Shown here piece after piece: positions 1 to 8,892 of a stretch of 64,000 nt of DNA. The position numbers and the translations under genes are program-made. Below the pieces are notes generated by a model. It had not been told where the DNA came from, made no database searches, and saw only the letters and a program-made list of their open reading frames with translations. Position 1 is the stretch's first letter. The number at the start of each line of letters is the position of its first letter. This stretch comes from Phycisphaerae bacterium (GTDB lineage: Bacteria; Planctomycetota; Phycisphaerae; SM23-33). The stretch is from the NCBI GenBank assembly GCA_011050235.1, contig DRGC01000022.1, positions 128,827 to 192,826 on the forward strand, read 5' to 3'.

Positions 1-939
1 CAACATCCCTCCGAGCGCCATGAGGAGCATCGTCTTGCCTTGTGGCGTTTCGTACAGGGGCGCCATGTAGTCGGGGTTCATCGAATTGATGACGCCGAAC
101 ATCAAGATGGGCAATGCGATCAGCACTCGCTTGCCAAGATTCGCCGAGGCCGTAAGGATTCGAATCCGACGGCTCAGTCGCATCCGATCGCGTATGACCG
201 TCGCCAGACGGTCGACCAGATCCGCCAGATTGCCGCCGCTACGCAGATGGATGATCACGGACGTCGCGAAGATCCGCATATCGTGACTGTCCGTTATGGT
301 GGCGACGTCCCGCAGCGCCTCCTCCAGCTTCATGCCAAGTTGCTGCTTTTGGCAAACCGACTCGAATATGGGCCCCACCGGCGAGTCGATTTCATCGGCC
401 ACCACCATGAAGGAACCCGATAACGGATGGCCCGCCCTTAAGGACCGGGCCGCAAGACCCAGGGCATCCAGGAACTGCGTTTCGAATAACGCAACACGAC
501 GCTGGAGGCGATTCTTGAAGCAGACCCACACGATCGTTACCACCGTGACCGCGGCGCCCAGCATGGCCGGAAAACTCCCCGTGATCACCAACACCGCTGA
601 CGCCACCAGGGCCGTCCCACCTGCCAGACCCAGCACCACTGCTTGCAGCGGCGCCTTGATGCCGGACTGTTCCTTCAGTTGAGCTAGGCGGGCCCGCAAG
701 GACGGCTTCGCTCCTGCCCCCGGGACTTCCAACGTCTCTTCCTTACCGTCATGCCATAGTCGAAGAACTCGATCCTCGTCCAAATGGGGGTGCGAGATAT
801 TGATCCGCTGCTGGAGCTTCTGGGCTCGATTTCGGCGGCGTACCCTCAAGAGCAGCACGATGCCAATCCAGGACGCCAGCACCAGACCGAACACCGCGAT
901 CGGCAGGAGAAGGTCGAAAATGGTCACAGAATTAGCCAC
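1..939 (-). CDS. tadB: Flp pilus assembly protein TadB (T2SS-F domain inner-membrane platform). Partial: the 3' end runs off the window start.
   Basis: Not in the ORF track because its stop lies outside the window. Manual reverse-complement translation from a GTG at 939..937 gives [20 protein letters not shown]...RIFATSVIIHLRSGGNLADLVDRLATVIRDRMRLSRRI...LGKRVLIALPILMFGVI, which is typical of TadB/GspF-family platform proteins. The GTG overlaps the cpaF stop (GTGGCTAA), and the gene sits in the canonical position downstream of cpaF. Confidence 0.75.
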   Translation of the reverse strand, partial: MANSVTIFDLLLPIAVFGLVLASWIGIVLLLRVRRRNRAQKLQQRINISHPHLDEDRVLRLWHDGKEETLEVPGAGAKPSLRARLAQLKEQSGIKAPLQAVVLGLAGGTALVASAVLVITGSFPAMLGAAVTVVTIVWVCFKNRLQRRVALFETQFLDALGLAARSLRAGHPLSGSFMVVADEIDSPVGPIFESVCQKQQLGMKLEEALRDVATITDSHDMRIFATSVIIHLRSGGNLADLVDRLATVIRDRMRLSRRIRILTASANLGKRVLIALPILMFGVINSMNPDYMAPLYETPQGKTMLLMALGGML

Positions 940-2320
940 GGTCACTATCACTCTTGGTCTTTTCGAAGTCGGTCAACTGACGGCGCCGGAACATCCCCAC
1001 CGGGAACTCGATGCCTTCCGCCGCCAGGCGCCCCAAGAGCATGGGCTGGACCCCGCACGCCTCGAACGTCCCGGCGGCGTGGCCGTCTTCCCGAATGCTC
1101 GTTTGATTGAAACGGAACACCTCGTGCAGGCAGATGACCTCGCCTTCCATCCCGGTGATCTCCGAGATGCTGATCACCTTTCGCTTGCCGCCGGTCAGTC
1201 GCGAAGCGTGAATGAGTACTTCCAACGAAGACGCCATTTGCTGCCGAATCGCCCGGGCCGACAATTGGACGCCGCCCATGCCGATCAAGTTCTCCACGCG
1301 CATGAGGGCGTCCCGAGGCGAGTTGGCGTGTACCGTGGTCATGGAGCCGTTGTGGCCGGTGTTCATTGCCTGAAGCATGTCCAGGGTTTCCGCACCGCGC
1401 ACCTCACCGATGATGATGCGATCCGGCCGCATGCGCAGGCAGTTCCGGAGCAGCTCCCGCTGGGTGATTTCGCCGCTGCCTTCGATGTTCGCCGGGCGTG
1501 TTTCCAGACGGACGACGTGCTTTCCCTGGAGCTGCAGCTCCGCGGCGTCTTCGATCGTGATCACGCGTTCATGCGGCGGAATCCACTTCGACATGGCATT
1601 GAGGAGCGTGGTCTTGCCAGAACCCGTTCCTCCGCTAATCAGGATGTTGACCTTCCCGCGAACACAGGCCTCGACGAAGGCAACCATCTCCGACGCCCAG
1701 GTGCCAAGCTCACAGAGCCCTTGACCGTCGAACGGAACCGTCCCGAAGCGCCGGATGCTCAGTGCCGCCCCGTCAAGGGCCAGCGGCGGAATGATCGCGT
1801 TGGCGCGAGACCCGTCTTCGAGACGCGCATCGAGCATGGGTGAGCTCTCGTCAATGCGCCGCCCCACGCGCATGGCGATGCGCTGGATCACCTGCATCAG
1901 ATGCTTATCGTCCCGGAAGCTTGCGTCCGTTCGAGAGAGAATGCCCTGGCGTTCGATGTGTATTTCCTGAGGCCCGTTGACAAGAATGTCGCTCACGCTC
2001 GGATCTCGCAGGAAGCGCTCCAGTGGCCCCAGGCCGAAAATCTCGTCCATCACGTCGGAGAGCAACTGGTCCCGTGCGGATGCGGACAAGGGGCACTTCT
2101 GCTCATCCAGCAATCGATCCACGCGACGGGAGCATTCCCTGTGAAGCTCCTCCATCGGAAGTCGACGGGCTTCCGCCAAGTCCAGGCCCTCGACCAACTG
2201 ATGATGGATTCGGGTTTTGACTTCCTCGACGTTCACCGTGGGCTGGCCTGTTGGGCCTGCCGACCGATCCTTAAGGAGATCGGGATTACGGAGTTTACTC
2301 GTGGATCCTGTCGGGTTCAT
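932..2320 (-). CDS. cpaF: Tad pilus assembly ATPase CpaF/TadA (VirB11/GspE-like secretion ATPase)
   Basis: 462 aa. Walker [18 protein letters not shown], Walker B/Asp box RIIIGEVRG and His box TTVHANS are present. Sits between cpaE and tadB. Confidence 0.9.
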   Translation of the reverse strand: MNPTGSTSKLRNPDLLKDRSAGPTGQPTVNVEEVKTRIHHQLVEGLDLAEARRLPMEELHRECSRRVDRLLDEQKCPLSASARDQLLSDVMDEIFGLGPLERFLRDPSVSDILVNGPQEIHIERQGILSRTDASFRDDKHLMQVIQRIAMRVGRRIDESSPMLDARLEDGSRANAIIPPLALDGAALSIRRFGTVPFDGQGLCELGTWASEMVAFVEACVRGKVNILISGGTGSGKTTLLNAMSKWIPPHERVITIEDAAELQLQGKHVVRLETRPANIEGSGEITQRELLRNCLRMRPDRIIIGEVRGAETLDMLQAMNTGHNGSMTTVHANSPRDALMRVENLIGMGGVQLSARAIRQQMASSLEVLIHASRLTGGKRKVISISEITGMEGEVICLHEVFRFNQTSIREDGHAAGTFEACGVQPMLLGRLAAEGIEFPVGMFRRRQLTDFEKTKSDSDRG

Positions 2321-4047
2321 GCTGGCCTCCGTTTAGCGGCAGCCGGTTCCCGCGCCGCCAAGAGTTCTCTCGCTAGGTGTTGCAGGTCTCTTCGCAGCGC
2401 CGATCTCGGGGCCGCCACCGAAAGCGGCAGCCCGTAGTTGATGGCGCTGACCGCGCTGTCGTAGTCATTGTTGACGCATTCGACGGTGACGTCGCCGACG
2501 GCTTCCTTCGCTTCCGATAGCCCCAACAGAGCATTGCGTCTTTGGCGGAAGCGATTGGCCACCAGGACCAGTCGTTCCATGGGCACGCCGTGCTCGTGGA
2601 CCAGATTGTGAAGGATTCGCCGGCTGGTGCGAACGTCCTTGACCTGAGGCTGAAGGACGATGAAGGTCTTGGCGCTGGCCATCGCCAAGGCGGCGGCCGC
2701 TTCGGGGCTGACGCGCGGGGCGTCGATGATCGTGTAGCTGTAGGCGTTCTTGCAGGCCTCCACGGCGCGCCGAATTTGCTCTGCTCGAGGCGCCGACGCG
2801 ACCGTTTCGGCGCCCACACTGGCCGGACTGATCAACACGTCCAGGCCGTCGTTGTACTTGAGGGAGATGGAACGGACCAGCGCCTTGTCGGCGTCCTGGC
2901 TTTGAGCGAGGACATCTGCAATGCCATAGCGCCCGGTCAGGCCCAGGTAGGTCGACACCGTCCCGTAGTCGTAGTCCATGTCCACCAGCAGGACCGGTTT
3001 GGCGGAGATCAGGCCGACTTCGCTGGCCAAATTGACGGCGATGGTGGTCGCGCCGCAGCCGCCGCCGCCGGACAGGACCGTGGCCACCATACCTCCCAAA
3101 TCTCCCTGAGAGGTCTCCTTCTGGCGAAGTCTTCGGAGGTAGCCGGCCAGGTCCTCTTCCAGAGACGCCAGGGTCAGGAAGTACCTTGCGCCGGCTTCCA
3201 TGGACGTCATCACGAGTTGGCTGTCGGGGAACTCCGACAACACCATGAAACGACTGTCGTGGAACTGTCCGATGATGGGCTGCAGTTGAGTCAACGCCTT
3301 GGCCGGGCTGGCGCCCAGGTCGACGACAACAGCCCGAGCGGGCTCCTTTTCCAGGCGGGTGACAAGCTCCGACAGGTCGGCGCACACGCTGGAGACGGCG
3401 ACCCCGCCACTGGCTTTCGCGGCGGCGGAAATCCGCTCTGTGGTTTGGTCATCTTGGCTGACGACAAGCAGGCTGAGCTGAACGCCGATGTCTCTGGCGG
3501 GCGGGTCCACCGGAACGCGCTGGGGCCTATCCTCGCGCGAGAGACCAAGTTGGTCCATGAACTCGGGACGCGCCGGGGCGCTGACGTTGCTGAGAAGCTC
3601 GATCGGCTCGTCTTCCGGCTCCGGCTCCGGCTCCGGCATCAACTCGAAGCCCGGAGCGATCTCAGTGGGCTCGGCTACGTTGGCCGGTTCGGGCCCAGCC
3701 TTTGGGGCGACCGAAGCCAACTGGTCGACCAGGTCCTTGACCGCCTTGGCCGTCATCTCAGACGGGAGTCCGTCGCCGAGCTTCCCGTCGAGCATGGCTT
3801 GCTTGACGATCGCACGGATTTCCTCGGCCGCTTGAGGCGCCGTTTCGGGATACGGAGAGATCGCAATGACGATCTTGTCCTCGATCCACGCGTCGAGGAT
3901 CCCCTCGCTCTTCAAGGGAGCCGGCGCCGGGCCCGGTCGGGGGGCTGTCTCGGAGGCGCCAGGCCCATCACCCTTGCCAATCGCAGGGATGATGTTCCCA
4001 ACGGGTGGCTCGCCGTCATTGAGAGACTGTCTGTGCTCGTTCTGCAC
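2317..4047 (-). CDS. cpaE: Tad pilus assembly protein CpaE/TadZ (MinD/ParA-family ATPase with receiver-like domain). Has a long Pro/Glu/Ala-rich N-terminal extension, and the true start may lie further downstream.
   Basis: Deviant Walker A VLSGGGGCGATTIAVNLA of the ParA/MinD family. A receiver-like segment lies upstream of it. The N-terminal ~190 aa are low complexity (PEPEPEPEDEP). Located between the cpaC secretin and cpaF; the 4-nt overlap with cpaF suggests coupling. Confidence 0.8.
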   Translation of the reverse strand: MQNEHRQSLNDGEPPVGNIIPAIGKGDGPGASETAPRPGPAPAPLKSEGILDAWIEDKIVIAISPYPETAPQAAEEIRAIVKQAMLDGKLGDGLPSEMTAKAVKDLVDQLASVAPKAGPEPANVAEPTEIAPGFELMPEPEPEPEDEPIELLSNVSAPARPEFMDQLGLSREDRPQRVPVDPPARDIGVQLSLLVVSQDDQTTERISAAAKASGGVAVSSVCADLSELVTRLEKEPARAVVVDLGASPAKALTQLQPIIGQFHDSRFMVLSEFPDSQLVMTSMEAGARYFLTLASLEEDLAGYLRRLRQKETSQGDLGGMVATVLSGGGGCGATTIAVNLASEVGLISAKPVLLVDMDYDYGTVSTYLGLTGRYGIADVLAQSQDADKALVRSISLKYNDGLDVLISPASVGAETVASAPRAEQIRRAVEACKNAYSYTIIDAPRVSPEAAAALAMASAKTFIVLQPQVKDVRTSRRILHNLVHEHGVPMERLVLVANRFRQRRNALLGLSEAKEAVGDVTVECVNNDYDSAVSAINYGLPLSVAAPRSALRRDLQHLARELLAAREPAAAKRRPA

Positions 4048-4079
4048 CCTCCGGTCCTCCTGAATGCACCGGCTGCACC

Positions 4080-5693
4080 CTAGGGTGGCAACCTAGTTTC
4101 GACGGCGACACCTTTTGATTCCTCATTACGCGGCATCTGTTTCTCCGGCGGCATTGACGACCGAGGAGTCGGCAGATGGCTCTGGGCGGGAGCTTGATCG
4201 TAGGTCGCCCACGCCCCGGCGCCCCGCAGCCTGTTGAGCCCGGTTTCCGACAGCCATGCCGATTGAGCTTCTGACAATCGCACCGGCGTTTGGCCGGCGA
4301 GCCGCCCCATTGCGTAGAACTCCCAGTCGTTGGGCGCGGTGTGCAACGATCCGGGGACGGGCAAATCCGAGATGTCCTCGCCGGTCGACAGCGGTTCAAC
4401 GAACGATACCGTAACCATTACGACCAAGTCCGTCTCATCCCTTTGATATCGCACCGACCTAAACAGCGCGCCGAGAATAGGGAGGTCACCCAACCCCGGC
4501 ACTCGAGAGCTGCGGGCGTTTTCGGACCGACTGATCAAGCCGGCCATCGCAAAGGTCTGCCCGCTGTTGAGTTCCAGCGTCGTTTCCGCTCTCCGTGTCA
4601 GCAGGGAGGGAATCTCGAACCCTTCGATCGTCACGGCATTCAGGGAGGACGTTTGACTGACTTCCGGGGCCACGTGAAGGCGGATGCGCCCATCGCCCAG
4701 AACGGTGGGCAGGAACCGCAGGCGCACACCGAACTCTTTGTATTCGACCGTTATGCTCGTGCCTCCGCCCGCGGATGACCCTTGGACGATGGGGACCGGG
4801 AATTCGCCGCCAGCCAAGAAACTCGCCTCTTCGCCGGACAGGGCGATAATGGTGGGTTCGGCCAGCACCCGAAGGTACTGGTTCTCGGCCAGGGCCTGTA
4901 TGAATACCTCCAGTGCGACGTTGGGAAAGCCGCCGAACAGCGTCACGGCGGAGGAGACATTCATGTTCTGAGTGAACTGGAACGGCAATATCCGCGCCAT
5001 AGGCGTCCCGGCAGGGACCCCGATGCTAATCGGATTGAGGGGGCCGCCGCCGGATGACCCAGGCACGGAGCCGATAAAGGCGTCCGAGCCCGTTATTACG
5101 GCGTTGATCCCAAGAAGGCGCAAGGCCTGACGGCTGACCTCCGCAATGCGCACTCGCAGTTGTACCTGCTGGATACCTGAGACATGTGTCTTGTCAACGT
5201 AGGTCAGCTCTGTGGCGTCAAGAATCTCACGAAGTTGAGCCGCATGCTCAGCGCGACGCAGGCCACCCTCGACAACCACAACGCCTTGGGTCGTCGTCAG
5301 GCGAAGGTCCGAATAGGGGAAGTATTCACGCAGGCTGGCTTGGAGCTGCCCCAGGTCGACTTGCACATCGACACGCGCCCGCCAGATGTCTTCTTTTTCA
5401 CTCCACAGAATGAGGTCCGTCGAGCCGACGGCCTTGCCCTGCACGAGTATCGACGTTGATGTGAGCACCTGGATGTCGGCCGTTTCGGGGGTCGTCACGG
5501 CCGCACGAGCAACGGGCCAGGGAGCATCAACGACGATCGAATGACCCACGTAGACGGCCAACGATCGCTCTTCTGTGTCGGGGGGTTGACCTTCGGCGTC
5601 AGTCCGGCCCGGCGCCAGCGCCACGGCTGTCAGCGTCGCCACCAGACACATCAGCCTTATCACGGCTCTCGGCTTCTCAATCGTTCCCATCAT
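4080..5693 (-). CDS. cpaC: Tad pilus secretin CpaC/RcpA
   Basis: 537 aa with an N-terminal signal peptide. Secretin core (GGGTSITVEYKEFGVRLRFLPTVLGDGRIRL) and the characteristic C-terminal motif RVPGLGDLPILGALFRS. Confidence 0.85.
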   Translation of the reverse strand: MMGTIEKPRAVIRLMCLVATLTAVALAPGRTDAEGQPPDTEERSLAVYVGHSIVVDAPWPVARAAVTTPETADIQVLTSTSILVQGKAVGSTDLILWSEKEDIWRARVDVQVDLGQLQASLREYFPYSDLRLTTTQGVVVVEGGLRRAEHAAQLREILDATELTYVDKTHVSGIQQVQLRVRIAEVSRQALRLLGINAVITGSDAFIGSVPGSSGGGPLNPISIGVPAGTPMARILPFQFTQNMNVSSAVTLFGGFPNVALEVFIQALAENQYLRVLAEPTIIALSGEEASFLAGGEFPVPIVQGSSAGGGTSITVEYKEFGVRLRFLPTVLGDGRIRLHVAPEVSQTSSLNAVTIEGFEIPSLLTRRAETTLELNSGQTFAMAGLISRSENARSSRVPGLGDLPILGALFRSVRYQRDETDLVVMVTVSFVEPLSTGEDISDLPVPGSLHTAPNDWEFYAMGRLAGQTPVRLSEAQSAWLSETGLNRLRGAGAWATYDQAPAQSHLPTPRSSMPPEKQMPRNEESKGVAVETRLPP

Positions 5694-6702
5694 TTTGATC
5701 TAGGCTTTCCTGCACCTCAGCGGGATCGCTTGCGGTCCGTTCGTCCGCAAATGGTTCGGCGCGCAGTTCGGCCGTCTCTAGTACTTTCGGCACTGGAAGG
5801 GCTATTCTCTTGATTGTTTTTCCCCTGATGACCACCATCTGCCAAAGCGGCTCAGGTTCATCGGCGACCGCCTGGCCAGAAGGGGCCGCGGGGGCCAGCT
5901 CAGGAGGGAGGACATCCTCTGCAACCTCTTTTGGAAACACCCTTTGTATCGGGTCTGGTTCCTGCGTCTGCCGGAACAACTGGCCCAGGGACATAGGCTC
6001 GGCCTGGACCGTCTCGGCGTCAATAGGATTGCGCAAGGCCAGCGAGATTGACCCCTGCCCCATGGCCAATTGAATCGCTTCGGCCTGGGTCGCGTCCAAC
6101 ATCAGCGTCACCGTTAAGCTGCGATCATAGACGGACCTGGTGTCTCCCTCGTCTTTGGACAGCACGGTTTGACTGTTGATCGCCAGGACCTGGATCCCTT
6201 GGAGCAAAACCCCCGAGACCACTTCTCCGCGCCCGGACCCCTTTCCGGGATCCCGGATCGACGCCAAGACGTCCACGATACTGCCAGGATACAACAGCCC
6301 CTTGAGCCCGGAATGATTCGACAGTGACACGCTTACGGCCCGCATCCCTTCCGGGAGCGCCGAGGCCAGCCGCAGACCCGATCCTTCTTGTGCAAAGCAC
6401 CCCGCGGTGAAGGCCTGTCCTTCGACCATCGGCACGGTCAGCACCCTTCCGATAACCAGGGCGGCCGGCAGATGCCCTTCCGGGACCTGCCCGCCGGATA
6501 GGGTCTCCGTGACGACCTGTTCCTGCTCGATCACTCGGCCTGGCCGGAGGTCTTGTGTTGCCAGGGCCACCTCCACCTCGACCGAAGTCCCCCCGGAGGC
6601 CCGCCTCGGGCCCCTTCCCATCGAAGCGACCAGCACCGCCGCACACAGGGCCGCGACCATACCGGTGACGATGAGTCCAGCTAGAGACCATTTTGCGCGC
6701 AT
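5677..6702 (-). CDS. cpaB: Flp pilus assembly protein CpaB/RcpC (SAF-domain periplasmic protein)
   Basis: 341 aa. N-terminal TM anchor followed by a periplasmic beta-rich domain. Position between tadE/cpaA and cpaC matches the canonical tad order. Its end overlaps the cpaC start by 17 nt. Confidence 0.7.
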   Translation of the reverse strand: MRAKWSLAGLIVTGMVAALCAAVLVASMGRGPRRASGGTSVEVEVALATQDLRPGRVIEQEQVVTETLSGGQVPEGHLPAALVIGRVLTVPMVEGQAFTAGCFAQEGSGLRLASALPEGMRAVSVSLSNHSGLKGLLYPGSIVDVLASIRDPGKGSGRGEVVSGVLLQGIQVLAINSQTVLSKDEGDTRSVYDRSLTVTLMLDATQAEAIQLAMGQGSISLALRNPIDAETVQAEPMSLGQLFRQTQEPDPIQRVFPKEVAEDVLPPELAPAAPSGQAVADEPEPLWQMVVIRGKTIKRIALPVPKVLETAELRAEPFADERTASDPAEVQESLDQNDGND

Positions 6703-6729
6703 GATACTTCCTCCTGGACGATCCTTCGT

Positions 6730-7143
6730 CTATTGTCCTTCTTTGGCCATTGTGACCGACGACCGCAAGTTTGCCGGTATCGGCAGTGGCATGCCTGTTA
6801 GTCTTAGTGTGTCGGTGGGAACGGTCACCTCGACGGTCAGTGGCTGTCCGGGCTCGACGGTCATGACGTCCAACGGATCGACGGACACGGAGTAGCCTGT
6901 GTCCTCAAGGCCCGCACTGGCCATCAGCGTATCGATGGCGTTGAGGACGTCCGCGTTCGTGGCCTCGGCCGCGGCGGCGGTTCGGGCGCCGTGACGGGCC
7001 GCGTTCGCCACTTCCTGCGCCTTAAGCAGGAGCCATCCGTATTCGCACACTCCAAAAGTCAACGTCAGCAGAAGCGGGAAGACGATCATAGCTTCGACCA
7101 CGGCTACACCCCTCCTGCTTGGTTGGCTCTTCACGCGCGCCAT
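6730..7143 (-). CDS. tadE: TadE-like pseudopilin (TadE/TadG N-terminal domain)
   Basis: 137 aa. N-terminal basic region followed by a hydrophobic helix, GVAVVEAMIVFPLLLTLTFGV, typical of TadE-like proteins. Overlaps the cpaA stop. Confidence 0.7.
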   Translation of the reverse strand: MARVKSQPSRRGVAVVEAMIVFPLLLTLTFGVCEYGWLLLKAQEVANAARHGARTAAAAEATNADVLNAIDTLMASAGLEDTGYSVSVDPLDVMTVEPGQPLTVEVTVPTDTLRLTGMPLPIPANLRSSVTMAKEGQ

Positions 7144-7727
7144 AACAGCGTCCCCATGGCCGCCAGCGACAACCCGACGACGATAGCCAAACCGTAAGGC
7201 ATGGTCTGTTTCTTCGGTCTCGGCGCCGATGCCTTCGCGACGTCGACCCAGACCGGGCCGGACGAACCCATGGCCGCCAGTATGGCCATGGACGCAGTCG
7301 CAGCCGTATTGGCCAGTACAACGCGAGCCCGTTTCGTCGCCAGGGCCCAGGCCATTCCTAACACAATTCCTGAGATCGACACGCCCATCAGTGCAATGAG
7401 ACTATTGGTGAGTCCTAACCACGCGCCGGCCGCCCCCAGAAACTTGGCGTCCCCTGCGCCGCCGCCGGCAAAGACGAACAGCATCAGACACGGAAATGCC
7501 AACACCAGGCATCCCAGCAGCGACTCACCCAATCCCGCCAGGCCGCCTATCCAGCACCCCCAAACCAAACCGGATAGCAGCAACGGTCCGGTAAGCCAGT
7601 TGGGGATCCGTCGGCCGCGAACATCTGTGATGGCCGCGACCAACGAACCTCCAACCACGACCGCCCACTGGGCCCACTGCAAATCATGTTGCCAAAGAGC
7701 AGTCTGTAACATGGTGAAAAACTCCAT
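7131..7727 (-). CDS. cpaA: Prepilin peptidase CpaA/TadV (A24 family aspartic peptidase)
   Basis: 198 aa polytopic membrane protein. Contains the two catalytic Asp motifs (AITDVRGRRIPN and GGGAGDAKFLGAAGAWLG) typical of CpaA. Confidence 0.8.
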   Translation of the reverse strand: MEFFTMLQTALWQHDLQWAQWAVVVGGSLVAAITDVRGRRIPNWLTGPLLLSGLVWGCWIGGLAGLGESLLGCLVLAFPCLMLFVFAGGGAGDAKFLGAAGAWLGLTNSLIALMGVSISGIVLGMAWALATKRARVVLANTAATASMAILAAMGSSGPVWVDVAKASAPRPKKQTMPYGLAIVVGLSLAAMGTLLWRA

Positions 7728-7774
7728 ACTTTCGGCCCGGCAGGCATCGCCTTGCCGGGCCAGCGTTAACCTCG

Positions 7775-7963
7775 CTAGGGCGTTGAGCCGCCTCCCATCG
7801 CCGTCTCCAAGGACTGGAACTTCTGGTGGACCAACACGCCAACAGCGGTGATGGTGGCGATGGCGGCCACCGTGATGAGCGCGGCAATGATGGCATACTC
7901 CACCGTCTCCAGGCCACGTTCGTCAGCGACTAGCTTCTTGATGAATTTCCGAATCGTTCTCAT
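7775..7963 (-). CDS. flp: Flp/Fap pilin, copy 1 (62 aa)
   Basis: MRTIRKFIKKLVADERGLETVEYAIIAALITVAAIATITAVGVLV.... Flp prepilin motif G/LETVEY (G-XXXX-EY) plus a hydrophobic helix. AGGAGA Shine-Dalgarno 7 nt upstream of the ATG. The 126-aa track ORF is an upstream in-frame extension reading through the 3' end of copy 2. Confidence 0.85.
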   Translation of the reverse strand: MRTIRKFIKKLVADERGLETVEYAIIAALITVAAIATITAVGVLVHQKFQSLETAMGGGSTP

Positions 7964-8012
7964 GGCTATTGTCTCCTGATTACAATACGACCGAGGCGAT
8001 TTCAGGCGCCGG

Positions 8013-8201
8013 TCAGGGCGTTGAGCCGCCTCCCATTGCTGTCTCCAAGGACTGGAACTTCTGGTGTACCAACACGCCAACAGCAGTGATCGTGGCGATG
8101 GCGGCCACCGTGATGAGCCCGGCAATGATGGCATACTCCACCGTTTCCAGGCCACGTTCGTCAGCGACTAGCTTCTTAATGAATTTCCGAATCGTTCTCA
8201 T
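8013..8201 (-). CDS. flp: Flp/Fap pilin, copy 2 (62 aa). Differs from copy 1 by one residue (A28G).
   Basis: Same protein as copy 1, with the same AGGAGA RBS. Repeat unit about 239 bp. Confidence 0.85.
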   Translation of the reverse strand: MRTIRKFIKKLVADERGLETVEYAIIAGLITVAAIATITAVGVLVHQKFQSLETAMGGGSTP

Positions 8202-8251
8202 GGTTATTGTCTCCTGATTACCATGCGACCGAGGCGATTTCAGGCCGCCGG

Positions 8252-8440
8252 TCAAGGCGTTGCGCCGCCTCCCATCGCTGTCTCCAAGGACTGGAACTTC
8301 TGGTGTACCAACACGCCAACAGCAGTGATGGTGGCGATGGCGGCCACCGTGATGAGCCCGGCAATGATGGCATACTCCACCGTCTCCAGACCGCGCTCAT
8401 CCCTTGCGAACTTCTTGACTAGTTCTCCGATGGTTCTCAT
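8252..8440 (-). CDS. flp: Flp/Fap pilin, copy 3 (62 aa). Divergent leader (MRTIGELVKKFARDE), identical mature region except S60A.
   Basis: Conserved G/LETVEYAIIAGLITVAAIATITAVG core. Confidence 0.8.
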   Translation of the reverse strand: MRTIGELVKKFARDERGLETVEYAIIAGLITVAAIATITAVGVLVHQKFQSLETAMGGGATP

Positions 8441-8892
8441 GATTCCCGTCCTCCACACGAACTCTGCGTTTCCATACCTCGCACGAATATACGTTCACCC
8501 ATCCGTGTCATGGCAACACGCCATCCCACGGACACACTGTTTGGTTTAGGATCCTCATCGCCACGAAAACCGCTCCGGCAAGCAACTCCGCCACGGCCCT
8601 GCATTGGGACCGTCGATCGCGGTGTGTGGTCTTCTGAGGCCCCCCTCAGGAACAAGTTTGACATGGCCGTACACATCATGCCCTACCTTCTGTGGCTGGG
8701 AACTCCAGAGGGACCAAAATGCTCCACGAGGCTCATTGATCCTTGGGGCTACCGGCCCATGTCTACAGGAAGCGTAGGAAAGGAATCTCCTCATGGCCAA
8801 TTCCAGTTCACTGTGTCTGGACGGGCATCGCCCGGACCGGGATTGGCCCGACAGCGTCAATCTATCCTAGGCTTCGCGCAGGAGGGCCCGAC

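Larger units (their letters stand above)
7775..8440 (-). repeat. Tandem triplication of the flp pilin gene (three ~239-bp units)
   Basis: Three near-identical 189-bp CDS separated by ~50-bp spacers carrying the same RBS. Visible directly as repeated DNA and repeated translated ORFs. Confidence 0.9.

Noticed and set aside
7775-8155. 126-aa, 80-aa and 68-aa ORFs from the track that contain the Flp pilins with long N-terminal extensions
   Set aside because: The extensions (MAWKRWSMPSLPGSS...) are read-through of the previous flp copy's 3' end in another frame. Each real 62-aa flp has its own AGGAGA RBS and ATG.
7775-8440. CRISPR-like array (regular repeats)
   Set aside because: The repeat units are 239 bp and are protein-coding (flp). 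They are not 25-50-bp repeats with unique spacers, and there are no cas genes.
8555-8860. 101-aa minus-strand ORF in the flp-tadG divergent intergenic region
   Set aside because: No RBS and an Arg-rich, non-hydrophobic translation. The region is more plausibly the shared promoter/regulatory DNA for flp and tadG.
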